From: Phoronis australis
Lineage: Eukaryota; Animalia; Phoronida
Length of the DNA stretch: 64,000 nt
Assembly (NCBI GenBank): GCA_002633005.1
Contig: NMRA01000432.1
Coordinates: 254,070 to 318,069 of the forward strand
Reading direction: 5' to 3'
In this document: one piece after another, positions 25,701 through 37,328 of the stretch
Layout of the letters: the number at the start of each line of letters is the position of its first letter
Numbering within the stretch: the first letter of the stretch is position 1
Notes under the pieces: generated by a model
Database searches by the model: none
The model's input: only the letters and a program-made list of their open reading frames with translations
What the model was told of the DNA's origin: nothing
Position numbers and translations under genes: made by a program

Positions 25701-28700
25701 ATCCATTAAATTCTGAACAACTTTTATGTTGACTACTTTTCTGTGAAATTGACATTTCTCCTTCAAATTTCTGATTTAAAACTGTTTGGTCATTAATATA
25801 TTAAGTGACCTTCGTGGCAGCCCAGTGTACAGCAGTAATGGTGACCTACTTAGCTCAGCACACAGGGAAAGTAGTCTGAATAGAGGCTCAGCAGGATAAG
25901 GGTTAAGATAGTCTTGAAAGTATTATTACTGACCAGTTCAAGGTATCTAAGCTTAGAATTCAGTGTTGAAAATGGCGAATGGCCCAACTAGTTTATTCAA
26001 AATTTGTGACTTGACATATTCAAGCTAACCAAGAGAGAAAATTCCCGCTTAGAATTAGGTCTCATAGTAAGGTGAGTGTTCTATTAAGCTTGACAAAGCT
26101 TGATCAAGTTCTTGTAGTTGGCATTATTAAAAAATTGCAAAGGTGTGTTTGAGCTGATTCACTGCCTTTTACCTCTTGTTGCAGTCTTGACCTGAAGACC
26201 CTTTTTACTGACATGGTAGATATCCTCATCAGAATGGTGCCAAATGAGGATGAGGTGAGAGATTATCGGACTAGATATGCTGAGATACATTGCCTGGCAC
26301 CAATTTTTAGTACAGAAAGAAATCTATAAGCAGTCAGATTTGTGTTTTTGTTTATGCCGAGTTCTGTTGACAGGTACAACTACTAGTTTTTGTCCATGGG
26401 ATAAAACATCAGATGAGAATCTCAAATTCTTTTTGTTTCCTCAAAGAGAGGTTGGTAACCCTGTAGAATTCTGAACATGTGTTTTATTAAAGGGTTGAAA
26501 ATTATGTTTTTGAAAATTGGGATGTGTTTTGTCTGTTAATCATGCGATTGTTTCTTTCGTGCAGCTGTTGTGTAATTGAACACTGAGGTGATGCAAGTAG
26601 AGATACTTATCAATCTCCATTGCAGGTAAAAGCTTTCAAGAAATATGAGCGAGAAGGCAAGCCTGTTGAGGCATTGTCCGATGAGGACAAGTTCATGCTT
26701 AGGGTAGATGTTTATGGCTATATATATATATAAACATATAATTTGTTTAATCTTTGAAATGTTCAGCTTGATGGCAACTCGTGACAAATACTGATATGTT
26801 TCAAAGAAATCACCTTCTGTTCGAAATTATCGAAATTTTGTGTTGAAGTATTTTTACTGGTTTACTATAGTTTTTTAATTCTTGATTTGTGTCGCTACAA
26901 CTTCAGTGAATCTAGAAAAAAAGTTTTGTCATTTTTACAACTTATATATGTCCATAGTTTGTCCTCATTCATAATTATTGTTAAACTGTTCGTTCATTCT
27001 TATTTCAGCTAATATATGTGGAGAGGTTGACTCAGAAGCTGACTATCATGAGTTTCCTTGGCAACTTCTTTGAGACATTACATCATTTACAGCCAGTAAG
27101 TTTTCTGGTTTGTAATCATGTGATTTCAAGCGGGTGTGGCCATGTGCTTCGCTGTCAGTCAAATGCTCAGTGTTAGTGATATTTCTTTGTGTCATTTTAT
27201 GTGCTATTGCATTTGAGGTGTGGGTGAATTTTATTTCAGATTTTTAGTTTTCAAAAACTTCCTAATTCTATTAATTGATAAAGTGAAGGATTCAGAACAC
27301 AATATTATGGCATTCCATGAACAATGATTGTCCAGATTTGAGGTTCGAGCCCCGGTCGGGACAGAGATGTTCTTACACTTAACTACAGGTCAGGTGATGT
27401 GACCAATAAGTGGCGTGTAAGATGACGAATCCTTCTTACTTACAATGATTGTTACTATAGTTTTATATCAATGTTTGCCTGTTTTTCTAGCAACTGAATA
27501 GTGTGATTGCTGCTTCGATGTCCATTAAGAATTCAAGCAAGGTGAAAAGGATGTTAGAGGTATGAAGAAAATGCCCTACTTTTTGTCAACATTTGTTGTC
27601 ATTAATATAGCAAAAATTAAAGCCAGCAGTTCTATAATGGGGTGTTGCAATGCAGACAAAGCCACCTGATCTGTGAGACCATTTAATTTAAATGACCTGT
27701 GAAATAAGCGATTGCCTTCTTAAAAGGTAAATGTTATCCGCCAAAATCTTTCATATTCAGGACAAAATTTGGTAGAGAAGTGTAATTTTTTAAAAAATTT
27801 TTTCATAAAAGATAGAATATAACACCAAATAAGTTCTTTTTAAGTTGTATATTATTTGTCTGACATTGGTGAGATTCTAGTATAAATACACAGAAGAGAT
27901 GCGTTAAAAACTTCCACGTTTCCGGCTTATAGAATATGAATAGGTAAATAAAACAACAAGAATGGATCAACTGAAATTTTTGGATATAATAATGTGCTTT
28001 GTCAACAGAAACAGAAATGTCTTTATTTCTGTTTCTGTTGACGAAGGACATTATTATATCAAAAAATTTCAGTTGATCCATTCTTGTTGTTTTAGTTACC
28101 TATTTATATTCTACATTTCGTGAAACAATACTATCCTTGGGAGAATCTAGTTCGCCTTATTTAGTTTCAGATTTATTTTCTGCGTTATCCGGCTTATAGA
28201 AACTGCAAAGCCAATTGAATTCAAAAGAGAGGACAGAAGATATTGCCGTTGCTTTTGACTATTTTGTGGAAGTTTTTACTTCCCTGCTTTCTGTTCACAA
28301 ATTGTAACTGTTTTGTGGTTTAACAAAACTTTTCTTAGAGAATGATTTCTTTAAATTCCTACTTCGTTGAAGTTCCTATTGTAACATCTCACTAATTTTG
28401 GACAAAAATGATCGCCAAAATTACACTTTTCCATTTTCAATGTTTTCTAACTTTGTTGGGAACACTCACAATTTCTTTCAAATATTCTCTGATAGTAGCT
28501 ATAGTACAGAGCTTGACACTGGCAAAGAATTAATGTTGCATATCTGTAAAAATGAAAAAATAAAATAACACGTGTTTTCCATGTTGTGTCCTAAATTGGT
28601 GAGATTAATCTGTACTCGTTAAAAGACATTTTGTTAATGAACACCCATGTTGCATCGCTCACACTTCGTTAATGAGCTGCGGGTGAGAATGTGAGAAAAA

Positions 28701-31700
28701 ATAATTTGTTACACGTTTTAGATGTACTGTTAAATGTGCCTTTTCCAGATAATTCTTGCATTCGGTAATTACATGAACAGCAACAAACGTGGAGGTGTCT
28801 ATGGTTTCAAGCTACAAAGTTTGGATATGGTAATTATGCTTCGTTTCAGATAGCAGGCCTAACATGGTCTGTGCAGTCAAATTCTTTTATCATGCACAAA
28901 TTATAACAAGAAGTAAAATGTTTCTGTGAAAGTATTAATGTTGTGATTAGTAATGTCAAATTAGTATTAAATAATACAATTATGAATTGAAATTGCAGCG
29001 TATCTGTTGCTAGGATGAAAATCGAAGATATGCAAATACAATGGATAATTTTTGTTCAGCCATCTTTGGTAAAGAATTGCATTTCTTCACGCTATATGGC
29101 TAAAGTAATCCACTGTTTCCCCATCATTGTGAGTGATGATGACCATAACAGGTCATTATAGGTACTCTGGGGGTGAACTACACTTGCACTCAGCCATTGG
29201 GATGGGGGAACTCCATTTGGTCTCAGAATTCCGGGTCATTTTGTGTTATTATTTTTGCTATCGTACTGTATTTGTAAATGCTTTTTCAATCTAATCTTCT
29301 TTTCTCACCAGTTCTGTTTTTTACTTTGTTTCCTAAGTTGGAAATAGAAGTCTTTACCACAGCAATAACTGACTATTCGTTACATTATACTGATGGTTAT
29401 GGTGGCGCCACCTAGAAGTAATTTTGGGTTCAATTTCCATTTCGGGACTACAGTCTATCCTAAGCACCACCGTTAACCTTCCAGCTTCTTGATTGCAAGT
29501 CCAACGACAAACGGATGACTCTGCTCCACTTCATATGTCAGACTGTGGCGGAGAAGTTCCCAGACCTTGCCAACTTTGACGCAGAGCTGCGCTACATTGA
29601 GAAGGCTGCCACAGGTAGGATAGGATGGGATTAGTGACTTTTAATTATTGAACACGTTATGCTGTGTGCCTGAGTGACTTTGAACGTCAATGGTTTTCGT
29701 CAGAGTTTCTGCTGAAAAAGTTAGAGCATTGATTTAAAAAATTTCAGTTTGGGCACCGCAAGTCAAATCCAAATATATGTTACAACACAAAAGTAATTAA
29801 ACAAAATACCATGTCCCTGTCAAGATGGCTAGTTCTGTTAACATAAAAAAGACCGCTAATAATTAGGTCGTCAAAATTCTAATTACAGCGTGGCTTAGCC
29901 ACCTAATGACTTTCGTGTTGGTTCCTCTTTGTTGTCGGTCATTAGGGAAAACAACTCTGATGATGAATTCGGCTTCTGCCTATCCCTTATGACTGGGAAT
30001 TCTGGATTGTTTTGTCTGAATAATTTTGGTTGTACTGTATGCCCGGATGTATATTTGGAAAGTTTTGAGTAAATGTTAGAGTGTATCAAAACTGAAGGTA
30101 GCGCGCAAATTGAAACCGGGAGAGTATGATTATTGCGGCTGTTAGGAGTTTATGGTTGAACATTTACTTTTAGTTGCAGTCTGTGATGTCCATGTCGTGT
30201 GAAACAGCTGGAAATTTTAGAATTTAGTCATGCACAGTTTTCTCAGATGTATAAGCTGTGTATATCTTTATTAAATTTTCCTTATTTTACTTGCTGGGCA
30301 TATGTTTAAGTCTGGAGTAAACTCCGGTAGTCCTCAAAACTGCTCTTGTGAAGCTAAGCATTGAATACAGTGGATTGCATCTATATGGTGGTATTTTTAC
30401 CTTCATTGTCAAATAACGGATATCTGTTCATAGATATATGGGTTCGGAAATGCTGGTGTTTCTACAAATTAATTTTTTTGTGTAATAATGAAATTTTATC
30501 TATCCCTTGTCATTGAACACATCAATATGCTCATAGTTGTTAGTGTTCTGAGACTACTCCATTTGATCAACTCCTCTCACAATGGTACCCCCATTCTAGT
30601 GTCCCTGGACAACATCCAGACAGATATCCAGGAGCTGAACAAGGGCATGGAGATGACACGGCGAGAGTACGAGGCCCGGCGCGAGTCCAAGGACCCGCCC
30701 ACTGTGCTCTACGACTTCTTGACCAACTCGGAGGATAAACTAGCTAAGTTGAACGCTGACCTCAAGACAGGGCAGGTAATGGATTAAAAGAGGCAATTTT
30801 GTTTGTGGTGTGGTGCTGCTTTCAAAGAAAATAGAACAGAAAAACTATTGCTTCAGGATGTTGCGATCATTTTAGTAAAATGAGGTTGCAAATAAAGGTG
30901 AAAGTTTTGGAGGCAATTCTCTCATTTCAAGGGGTTTTCATATGTTTTTATATAAGCAAAATTTTGTCGTATAAAATATGCGCTTGTATGCTCATTTATT
31001 CTATTTGAACTAAATAGGGGCCACTATGTGGTTATACCCTCTGGAATGCGACGTCGCAGCGGATGCAGTTGGAAAAAAAACAAATTATAAATTCTTCAAC
31101 ACATGTTTGTTCATGTTATACTTTTTGAATTTTATCAGAGCAATTAAGTGAATCAGGTTGTCGAGTCAAGAGCAAAAGAATACAGCTGTGAAAAATAGTT
31201 AAACTGCTTTGTTTTGTTGTGGTGGAATGTTTTATTTCCACATGACCAGTTCACAAAGCTTTGCAACATGTTAGCTATGCTTTGTCAACAAGGGAGTACC
31301 TCTCTCATTGGATGTGCCGTCATACATGTCATTTAATCTCTATTCCAGGAGGCATACGCTGCTGTGGTAGAGTACTTTGGTGAAAGTCCGCGCACGCTTG
31401 CCCCCAACACATTCTTCTCCATGTTTGTCCGCTTCTGTAAGGCCTACAAGGTAAAACGTTAACTCGTTGTAGATTGACTACCACTGGTCAAACTTTTTTC
31501 ATTTAAACGTACTCCACTTGTGTTTGGCTCTAGCTATCTGTTACTAGAGAACATTTTATAGCTCTGTTACTACAGAATAAGATCATTTAGTTGGACCAAT
31601 TCTGTAGTTAGCTAGTTTGTGTAAGTGTGTAAGAAGTTCTCTGATGATTTCTCCTACTATTATTTCTCCATAACCCACTGCATGGCACTTTGATAGATCA

Positions 31701-34232
31701 CATGGAGTAAGGTTCGAAGCTGATTACACATTATCTCAGCAAATTAGGACAAGATTTTGAACAAGTGAATTTTTTTAGTAGTTCATAAAAGATTAGTAAC
31801 ACAAAATAAGTGCATTACGTTCAGTACCGTATCTGCCATTGGAACTTTTTTAGAGAAACTGTGGTCATTTGTAGCAATGCTAGAAGCCATGTTTGAAAAC
31901 TTAAATGATCAATTTTTTTGACATTATTTTGTGCAAAGTTGGCGAGATGTTGTTGTATATTGAGCTCGCCACTTGCATTGGGCATAAGAATGTGGACGAA
32001 CATTTACCCTCCTGACATATAGTATTTGTAGTAAGTAACCCTTAACCATTATGAACACTGCTAATCTAGACTACACTAAGATTTGTTCTGCTTATATTGT
32101 AGCAAGCTGAAATTGACAATGAAAAGAGAAGGAAGCTTGAACAGGAGCCTCCCGCCCCGGTCGCAACTAAGAAGGAGAAAAACAAGAAGAAAGATGTCAA
32201 TGTACGTGAGGAATGATTCGTGCACAGTTGCTTGGTCCCTAAGTCATATGGTGTTTTTCTGTTTCCAGAAAATAAATGAAAACATTTCTTTAGAGTTCAT
32301 GACGTTTGTTGTATGTGTTGTGAACAAAGGCTACGAGTCGCCTCAGGCCTCTGTGGTCATGAACACGGGAAGTTGTGAAAAGAGATAAATCCTCACCCAA
32401 GTTCTTTAATTCGATTAATAAATTGACATTTCGATGTTTCGATCTTGTGCTAACGACATGCTTTAACCACCGATTTGATTTTTATTATCCATTTCTTACT
32501 TGATCTCGTATCAGTCTCCCAGCACATGATGTGTACAGACTATGTGTATAACAATGAACTGTGACCTACTTAGAAAAGTAAGTCGCAAACAACAGTAAAA
32601 GTTGGCTGGAAACGGTACATTTAAATGGTTATTAAGTTAAGTACGCACTGTAAAATCAGTTGTCATTGCGAGTGAATGTTGAAATAGCTCACATAGTTAA
32701 GGCTTGTACAAGTTATGGGAACCAAAAACAAGTTTCCCCCGAATAATTAACCCAAGTCTTCGTTATTTGCTCTCGTCCCAGTTTAATCGGCTTTCTCTCA
32801 GCTTCGGCAAATCGACTTTTTTGGACTTTGGAACCCGAGTTCTCGAAAACGACGTGGTGGATTTCGCTGAACCTTTCCAAACTTAATATTTAGTCATCAA
32901 TCTCACAAACGCTGTTAGGGTTTTCGATATAAAGGCTTAGATTTTGTAACAAAGAGCAATACGACTTCCATGTTTTACAAAAATACCTTACGTTTTGCGA
33001 GTTGATTTGTCATAGAAACCAAACGAAAAGACTAATCGAAAATTCCTATCGTTGTTTTGAGATAACTGGTGAAGGTTTCATTAAAATCGACCGAGGAGTT
33101 ACTATGAATACACCTTTATTAAAAATGAAAGCTTTACTGAAATAAGGTTTTTACGTTAAAATAACAATGGTACATTAATACAAAAAGTATTTTTATATTC
33201 TCTGATCTTTTTTCTTTCAGAAAATATGTACTTTTGCTAGTTGACAAAGCTTATTTTTTGATATACGAGTTAGAATGGAGGCCACTAAATAAGGTTTGCG
33301 ATAACCTTAACTGATATTTTTGTTGTGTTAACAGCTGTTTTTATTACAACTCGGGCTATTTGATGAGATATGTTTGAAAACATCAGTGGTTTACAGACTT
33401 TGCTGTAGAGCTCTAACAGTTCTAAGTACAGCTATCTTTTCCATGTCGTTTTGATTCTATGTAAATTAATCTCATTGCAACAATCTTGCTATAAGCAACG
33501 GCATAGCTGTAAGATAGTTGTCAATGCCATTTGTATTCCTTGTTAAGGCACTCAAGAGACATGGTTGGTTATCTTCAACAAGTTACAGGGGACTTCACTA
33601 ACTGTTTTTCTTTCCTGGCTACAGGCAGCACTGGTCTCGGAGATCAAGCAGCGTAATCGTCAGATCAAAGACAAGAAACTACTGGGCAAGGATGAGGTGT
33701 ACCATGGTGCTCTGGAGGACATACTGTTAGGTACGACACAGTGGGCCATATGGCGCAGTCATTGATAGCAGATTGCCATGTGACATTTTGAAATTGTTCA
33801 GCAAACTAGGACAACTGTTACTAAGACAAAAACGCTTGTCAAACATAAAGCATGCTTAGAATGTCTGTAACTTCCTCGTGTGAAATTGTGACCACGGCTG
33901 CATTTTTTAAGGTTTTTACAAATCGGTGCTCATCAGGGGTGTATATTCTGTCCCGCTTAATTCTGTTTTTTCTTGACGCTAATGTCTCTGCCATTAGTCA
34001 GAGTATAATGAGAGCAGTCTCCCACTAGTGTCTGTTGATATTGAATCAGTTTTTCCATTGTTGCCAAATGAATACACATTCTGTTAGTAGCAGCAGCTAA
34101 TGTTACCTTTGAAATTTGCCAACAGATTTGAAGAGCCAACCATACAGGCGAGCAGACGGCATTCGCAGAAGTCAAAAGAGACGACAAGAGGATCTCCTAG
34201 TTGCCGATAGCAACGAGGACACAGCATTTTAA
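10562..34232 (+). CDS. FMNL: Formin-like protein (FMNL/FRL family; GBD-FH3-coiled coil-FH1-FH2-DAD), 24 coding exons in window, 5'-partial
   Basis: Exons 10562-10729, 13606-13769, 14033-14267, 14784-14860, 15675-15846, 16069-16179, 16656-16805, 17341-17389, 17637-17689, 18102-18240, 21209-21391, 22555-22679, 24982-25190, 26185-26254, 26626-26703, 27009-27095, 27491-27559, 28749-28829, 29485-29614, 30600-30775, 31349-31450, 32103-32201, 33625-33730, 34126-34232(TAA). All are GT-AG and phase-compatible. Motifs: [59 protein letters not shown], poly-Pro FH1, [41 protein letters not shown]. Confidence 0.95.
11101..11255. repeat. Minisatellite, 18/20-bp unit TGGGCTCT(CT)ATCATACTTG, ~8 copies
   Basis: Direct reading. 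Confidence 0.9.
13606..13769 (+). CDS. FMNL: FMNL exon (GBD)
   Basis: ttcag|[33 protein letters not shown]...|gtatg. Confidence 0.92.
14033..14267 (+). CDS. FMNL: FMNL exon (GBD)
   Basis: ...[18 protein letters not shown]|gtatg. Confidence 0.9.
14784..14860 (+). CDS. FMNL: FMNL exon (GBD)
   Basis: ccag|[25 protein letters not shown]|gtgag. Confidence 0.9.
15065..15650. mobile_element. Degenerate relative of the Kolobok-type element at 36353-37328
   Basis: Starts ttaa|GGTTG. The right end gtgaatccgatataccaattatgagatatgatgttccgaagttagccaaa matches 37248-37298 and ends cataacc. Confidence 0.55.
15675..15846 (+). CDS. FMNL: FMNL exon (GBD/FH3)
   Basis: [31 protein letters not shown]...VDFM|gtacg. 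Confidence 0.92.
16069..16179 (+). CDS. FMNL: FMNL exon (FH3)
   Basis: [27 protein letters not shown]...LE|gtaag. Confidence 0.92.
16656..16805 (+). CDS. FMNL: FMNL exon (FH3)
   Basis: [24 protein letters not shown]...SH|gtaag. Confidence 0.9.
17341..17389 (+). CDS. FMNL: FMNL exon (coiled coil)
   Basis: tgcag|[16 protein letters not shown]|gtaaa. Confidence 0.85.
17637..17689 (+). CDS. FMNL: FMNL exon (coiled coil)
   Basis: ttcag|(V)[17 protein letters not shown]|gtgag. Confidence 0.85.
18102..18240 (+). CDS. FMNL: FMNL exon (coiled coil)
   Basis: aacag|[20 protein letters not shown]...KIQ|gtgag. Confidence 0.85.
18980..20625. mobile_element. Internally deleted Kolobok-type DNA transposon with THAP pseudogene fragment
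   Basis: ttaa|AGGAGAATGCCACCC ... GGGTGGCATTCTCCT|ttaa: perfect 15-bp TIR, TTAA duplication, purine-purine start. Internal THAP relic at 19144-19380. Confidence 0.85.
19144..19380 (+). pseudogene. Degenerate THAP domain (transposase N-terminus)
   Basis: MPPY/(frameshift)[41 protein letters not shown]...[13 protein letters not shown]; TGA at 19257-19259 replaces the conserved Trp. Confidence 0.8.
21209..21391 (+). CDS. FMNL: FMNL exon (FH1 poly-proline)
   Basis: ccag|[39 protein letters not shown]...LP|gtaag. Confidence 0.9.
22555..22679 (+). CDS. FMNL: FMNL exon (FH2 start)
   Basis: [41 protein letters not shown]|gtaag. Confidence 0.92.
22844..23138. mobile_element. Short Kolobok-like MITE
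   Basis: ttaa|AGCTGCAT...ATGCAGCT|tttaa; a related left end occurs at ~21431-21505. Confidence 0.5.
23304..23913. repeat. Minisatellite, 30-bp unit GAAGTGGAACCTTGGCTCTCACAAAACATT, ~20 copies
   Basis: Direct reading; intronic to FMNL. Confidence 0.95.
24264..24853 (+). mobile_element. piggyBac-type MITE, copy 1
   Basis: ttaa|CCCTTTTTCTGC ... GCAGGATAAGGG|ttaa. Confidence 0.85.
24982..25190 (+). CDS. FMNL: FMNL exon (FH2)
   Basis: [11 protein letters not shown]...[18 protein letters not shown]...AIN|gtaag. Confidence 0.92.
25330..25902 (-). mobile_element. piggyBac-type MITE, copy 2 (inverted relative to copy 1, one end truncated)
   Basis: 25841-25902 is the reverse complement of 24264-24326 and ends GGG|ttaa. 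25330-25470 is a diverged reverse complement of ~24690-24837. Confidence 0.85.
26185..26254 (+). CDS. FMNL: FMNL exon (FH2)
   Basis: [23 protein letters not shown]|gtgag. Confidence 0.88.
26626..26703 (+). CDS. FMNL: FMNL exon (FH2)
   Basis: [26 protein letters not shown]|gtaga. Confidence 0.88.
27009..27095 (+). CDS. FMNL: FMNL exon (FH2)
   Basis: [29 protein letters not shown]|gtaag. Confidence 0.9.
27338..27435 (+). mobile_element. SINE-like fragment
   Basis: B-box GGTTCGAGCCCCGGTCGGGAC, then a tail aagtggcgtgtaagatgacgaatcc. Confidence 0.4.
27491..27559 (+). CDS. FMNL: FMNL exon (FH2)
   Basis: [23 protein letters not shown]|gtatg. Confidence 0.9.
27930..28113. repeat. Near-perfect palindrome (foldback MITE), ~89-bp arms, 6-nt loop
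   Basis: TAGAATATGAATAGGTAAATAAAACAACAAGAATGGATCAACTGAAATTTTT...AAAAATTTCAGTTGATCCATTCTTGTTGTTTTAGTTACCTATTTATATTCTA. Confidence 0.9.
28749..28829 (+). CDS. FMNL: FMNL exon (FH2, GNYMN motif)
   Basis: [27 protein letters not shown]|gtaat. Confidence 0.93.
29485..29614 (+). CDS. FMNL: FMNL exon (FH2)
   Basis: [17 protein letters not shown]...IEKAAT|gtagg. Confidence 0.92.
30600..30775 (+). CDS. FMNL: FMNL exon (FH2)
   Basis: (V)[24 protein letters not shown]...KTGQ|gtaat. Confidence 0.9.
31349..31450 (+). CDS. FMNL: FMNL exon (FH2 end)
   Basis: [34 protein letters not shown]|gtaaa. Confidence 0.92.
32103..32201 (+). CDS. FMNL: FMNL exon
   Basis: [33 protein letters not shown]|gtacg. Confidence 0.88.
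32701..33306. mobile_element. Probable TTAA-flanked Kolobok-like element, degenerate
   Basis: ttaa|GG...ataACC|ttaa; the right end resembles that of 36353-37328, but the TIR match is poor. Confidence 0.4.
33625..33730 (+). CDS. FMNL: FMNL exon (DAD region)
   Basis: [35 protein letters not shown]|gtacg. Confidence 0.9.
34126..34232 (+). CDS. FMNL: FMNL last coding exon
   Basis: aacag|(D)[34 protein letters not shown]. Confidence 0.9.
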
Positions 34233-36352
34233 TGTCACGACAGCCGGGTTAATCTGGCTAGATTGTATACTGTCCTATATTATATATGTCTCATTTATGG
34301 TTGCTACATCCTTCAATACTCTTGTCATGGTAGCTTGGTGAATATTTACATGTGGTTATCATCATTTCAATTGGCTATTCTGTGTCTAAATGGTTGTCGT
34401 TTGTAAACGCCAATTCAAGTTCAGCTCCTAATTTTGCTGCCACACAAACTACAAGAGATAATATGAATTTCAAATATCTTGTCCAACGCATATCAGATTC
34501 ATTCTTTTAACACGCGTTTTACTGTACACTGACTGGTATTCACAAACAACAGGGTGTTCTGAAAAGATGGAGTTTTCGCACTAGCAAAATGGGACAAGAA
34601 ACATACTCTGTTGTAGTGTACTTACTTTTTTACATGTAGAGACTGAAGTGGGACTAATTGAAATGCATTTAGAAATTAGCATTGTAGTATGGAATATTAG
34701 TTATGTTATTTATTGAGTTTTGGTCTACGCTAAAGAATTTAACAGTGTCCAAATTTGCATTTAAATGTCACGTGGCTTTCATATAAAGGTCTGTCAGTTT
34801 TGTCTTTATGAGAAGTGCTTCTCTGCCATTGTACAATGCATGAAGTAATCTTAACAGAGTACGGTTACCTGATTGCTAATTCTGTTAGGAGCAAAAATGT
34901 CTGGTAATAATTGTTATGGCAGCAAAGTGACTTAATCACTTGACTTACTTTATAGTTTGCTGTCATTCCTGATCATTAGGGAAGGCTACTGTAACAATGA
35001 ATTTGGCATCCACCCAACAGTCAAGATGGGGGAATTCTGGGTCTTTCTCTCCTAGTACTTTTGGTGTGTCCTGTAGGTGTACAAACAGGGATATTGGTTT
35101 TGTGTGGATGTTATTTTAAATAGCAAACCTTTCAAAGAATTATTTTGTGTAAATTAGTTTGACAGGAATTCTATTATCTGCAGCCATTTGTGATCATAGT
35201 TTCCTTCATTGAAAAACAATTTAAATACATTGAATCTTCTGTAAGCCATATTTTGACATCAAAACTATTTCCTTCTAAGGCGTATTTGGTCTTGCATAAC
35301 AATGTCATTGTGTTCTTATCCTTTGTTCAAATTGAAATTAGCGACAATCACATGCCTAAAAAACAAGATGAGTCTGATTTTTAACGGAATGTGTCCTGCA
35401 TTAAAAGTTTTATTTGACAGAAAGCTTGGGTTTTATAGTACACCTTTAAAATGTTTACATTGTGTCCCTCTTTGTGTGGAAAATTTGTTGTGTTGTTGTT
35501 GAGCAGATGACCAGAGAACGTGGTGTAAATATGATGCCAGATTTACCAGGCAATTATCTTTCTCAGTCGTGCTTGCTACCCATGTGATATTGTGCTTTTG
35601 AAGTTTTGTGTTGATTTTAACTTTGACTACGCCTCCTGACTGACACAAGAGAAATGGTGAAGTGAGCAAACATTTGGTGCCTTCTTGCTTTGATTGTTAC
35701 TTTGTGGCTGCGTTGTACATTGTTGTAGAGGTAGGGAGTTGTGTTTGAAGAATTGTTTATCGTTTTTATTACACCGTGCCATGTACACATTATATCTAAA
35801 CAATTGATAGGTTGTTACCATGGTGTTTTGTTCTTGTCAGGGCGCTTAATGCTCCTTGGCAACCATTGTTACCTAATTGCTATTGCATTAGTGATTTTGC
35901 ATGCTCAGTATATAACACTGCTCGTCTCTTCCTTCTGTTTGCTGTGCATCAGACTTCCATGAATTAGATGCTATGACTTGTCCCAATTTCTTGCTAGTGT
36001 ATGTAATGCAAGCGTGCCTGGTTTAACATGTATGAAATAGTCAAGACAATGAATGATATTTTGTATTATACTGAAACTAATGACTTTGAGATGTGGAGTG
36101 TTGTGTGGAAAGTGTCAGGATGTGGAACGAGACATTTTAGTCCATGTAACTCAACTAAATGGTGTTGACTATGTTTTATTGTTGTATCTTTTTATGAGCA
36201 ATGTCCATGTACTAACAATACAGAGCAGATATTTGACACCTCGTCTTTTGATCAAATTTACTCTCCATAGGCTACTGACTGTCGATGCGCTACCTGTTCT
36301 TTCATGTTCACAAGTAAGGTTGGCTTCACAGCATGTAGTTAGATGGACTTAA

Positions 36353-37328
36353 GGTTATGTAGGACCTTATCTTCAAGTCTATACATTTAGCCAAATATCT
36401 CCAAAACTAAAATTTAAAGAGGCCTGGAACACAATAAACGGACTAAGTTGCAATACTCAAAGTGGTTCTCTGACACTGAAAAATAATTCAACCTGCTTAT
36501 CGGGTATTTTTAAGGTTTTTTCATAAAGATTTTTAATTTCTGTTGGTATCAAAGCATTTTCTTCTAGTTTTAAATTTCCAAAAAAAACGATCTGTCAGCT
36601 GCTTGCCTCTTCGTCAATTTTTCTCCCTCTCCTTATTTGGTATGGCAAGACACAGACGCAGCACATTTCCTTATATGGAAAGTGTGACCTTTGACCTTCA
36701 AGCAACCGACTGAGCGCATGGAGATTAGAAACTCTGTGTTAACCACAGAGTTTTTCGTTTGCGTGTATTTCAAAAATTGTGAATATTGTGATTTTTTTGG
36801 AAATTTCCTTGCAGGGGGAAATGAATTGTTCTGTACAAGACGTTGCAAGATTGTACTTGTACTTTCATCAGGAATTGTTCGAAATATGTTTATGACGAGC
36901 TTTCACGTTCCATGCCTCTTTAACTTCCGTAGAATTTGGTTTTTGACTGTATACCAATCTTTCACTAATTAGGTCATGAGACCTTTCTTTTTTTAGGAAA
37001 ATTTAGCAAAACAAGATCAGCAACTTGACCAAATTTCATATCAAATAAATGAACAAGATAAAATCTCAAAAATATTGTTAGTTTTCTAAATTATTGTTTT
37101 TGTTTGATGAAACTTTAATTTTTTTAAAATCATATAAGTTATATTTTTGGTAGCCTTTCGTGCAAAAGTGGAACATTTTAGAAACAAAACCTGATATACG
37201 GTAGTTATGGAGACCAATGTGTAGAGCATAGTATATGAAAGTTTCTTGTGAATCCGATCTGCCATTTATGAGGTACGATGTTCCAAAGTTGACCAAAATT
37301 GGACATTTACCAAAAGTCCTACGTAACC
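36353..37328. mobile_element. Kolobok-type non-autonomous element
   Basis: ttaa|GGTTATGTAGGAC ... GTCCTACGTAACC|ttaa (13-bp TIR, one mismatch). Confidence 0.8.
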
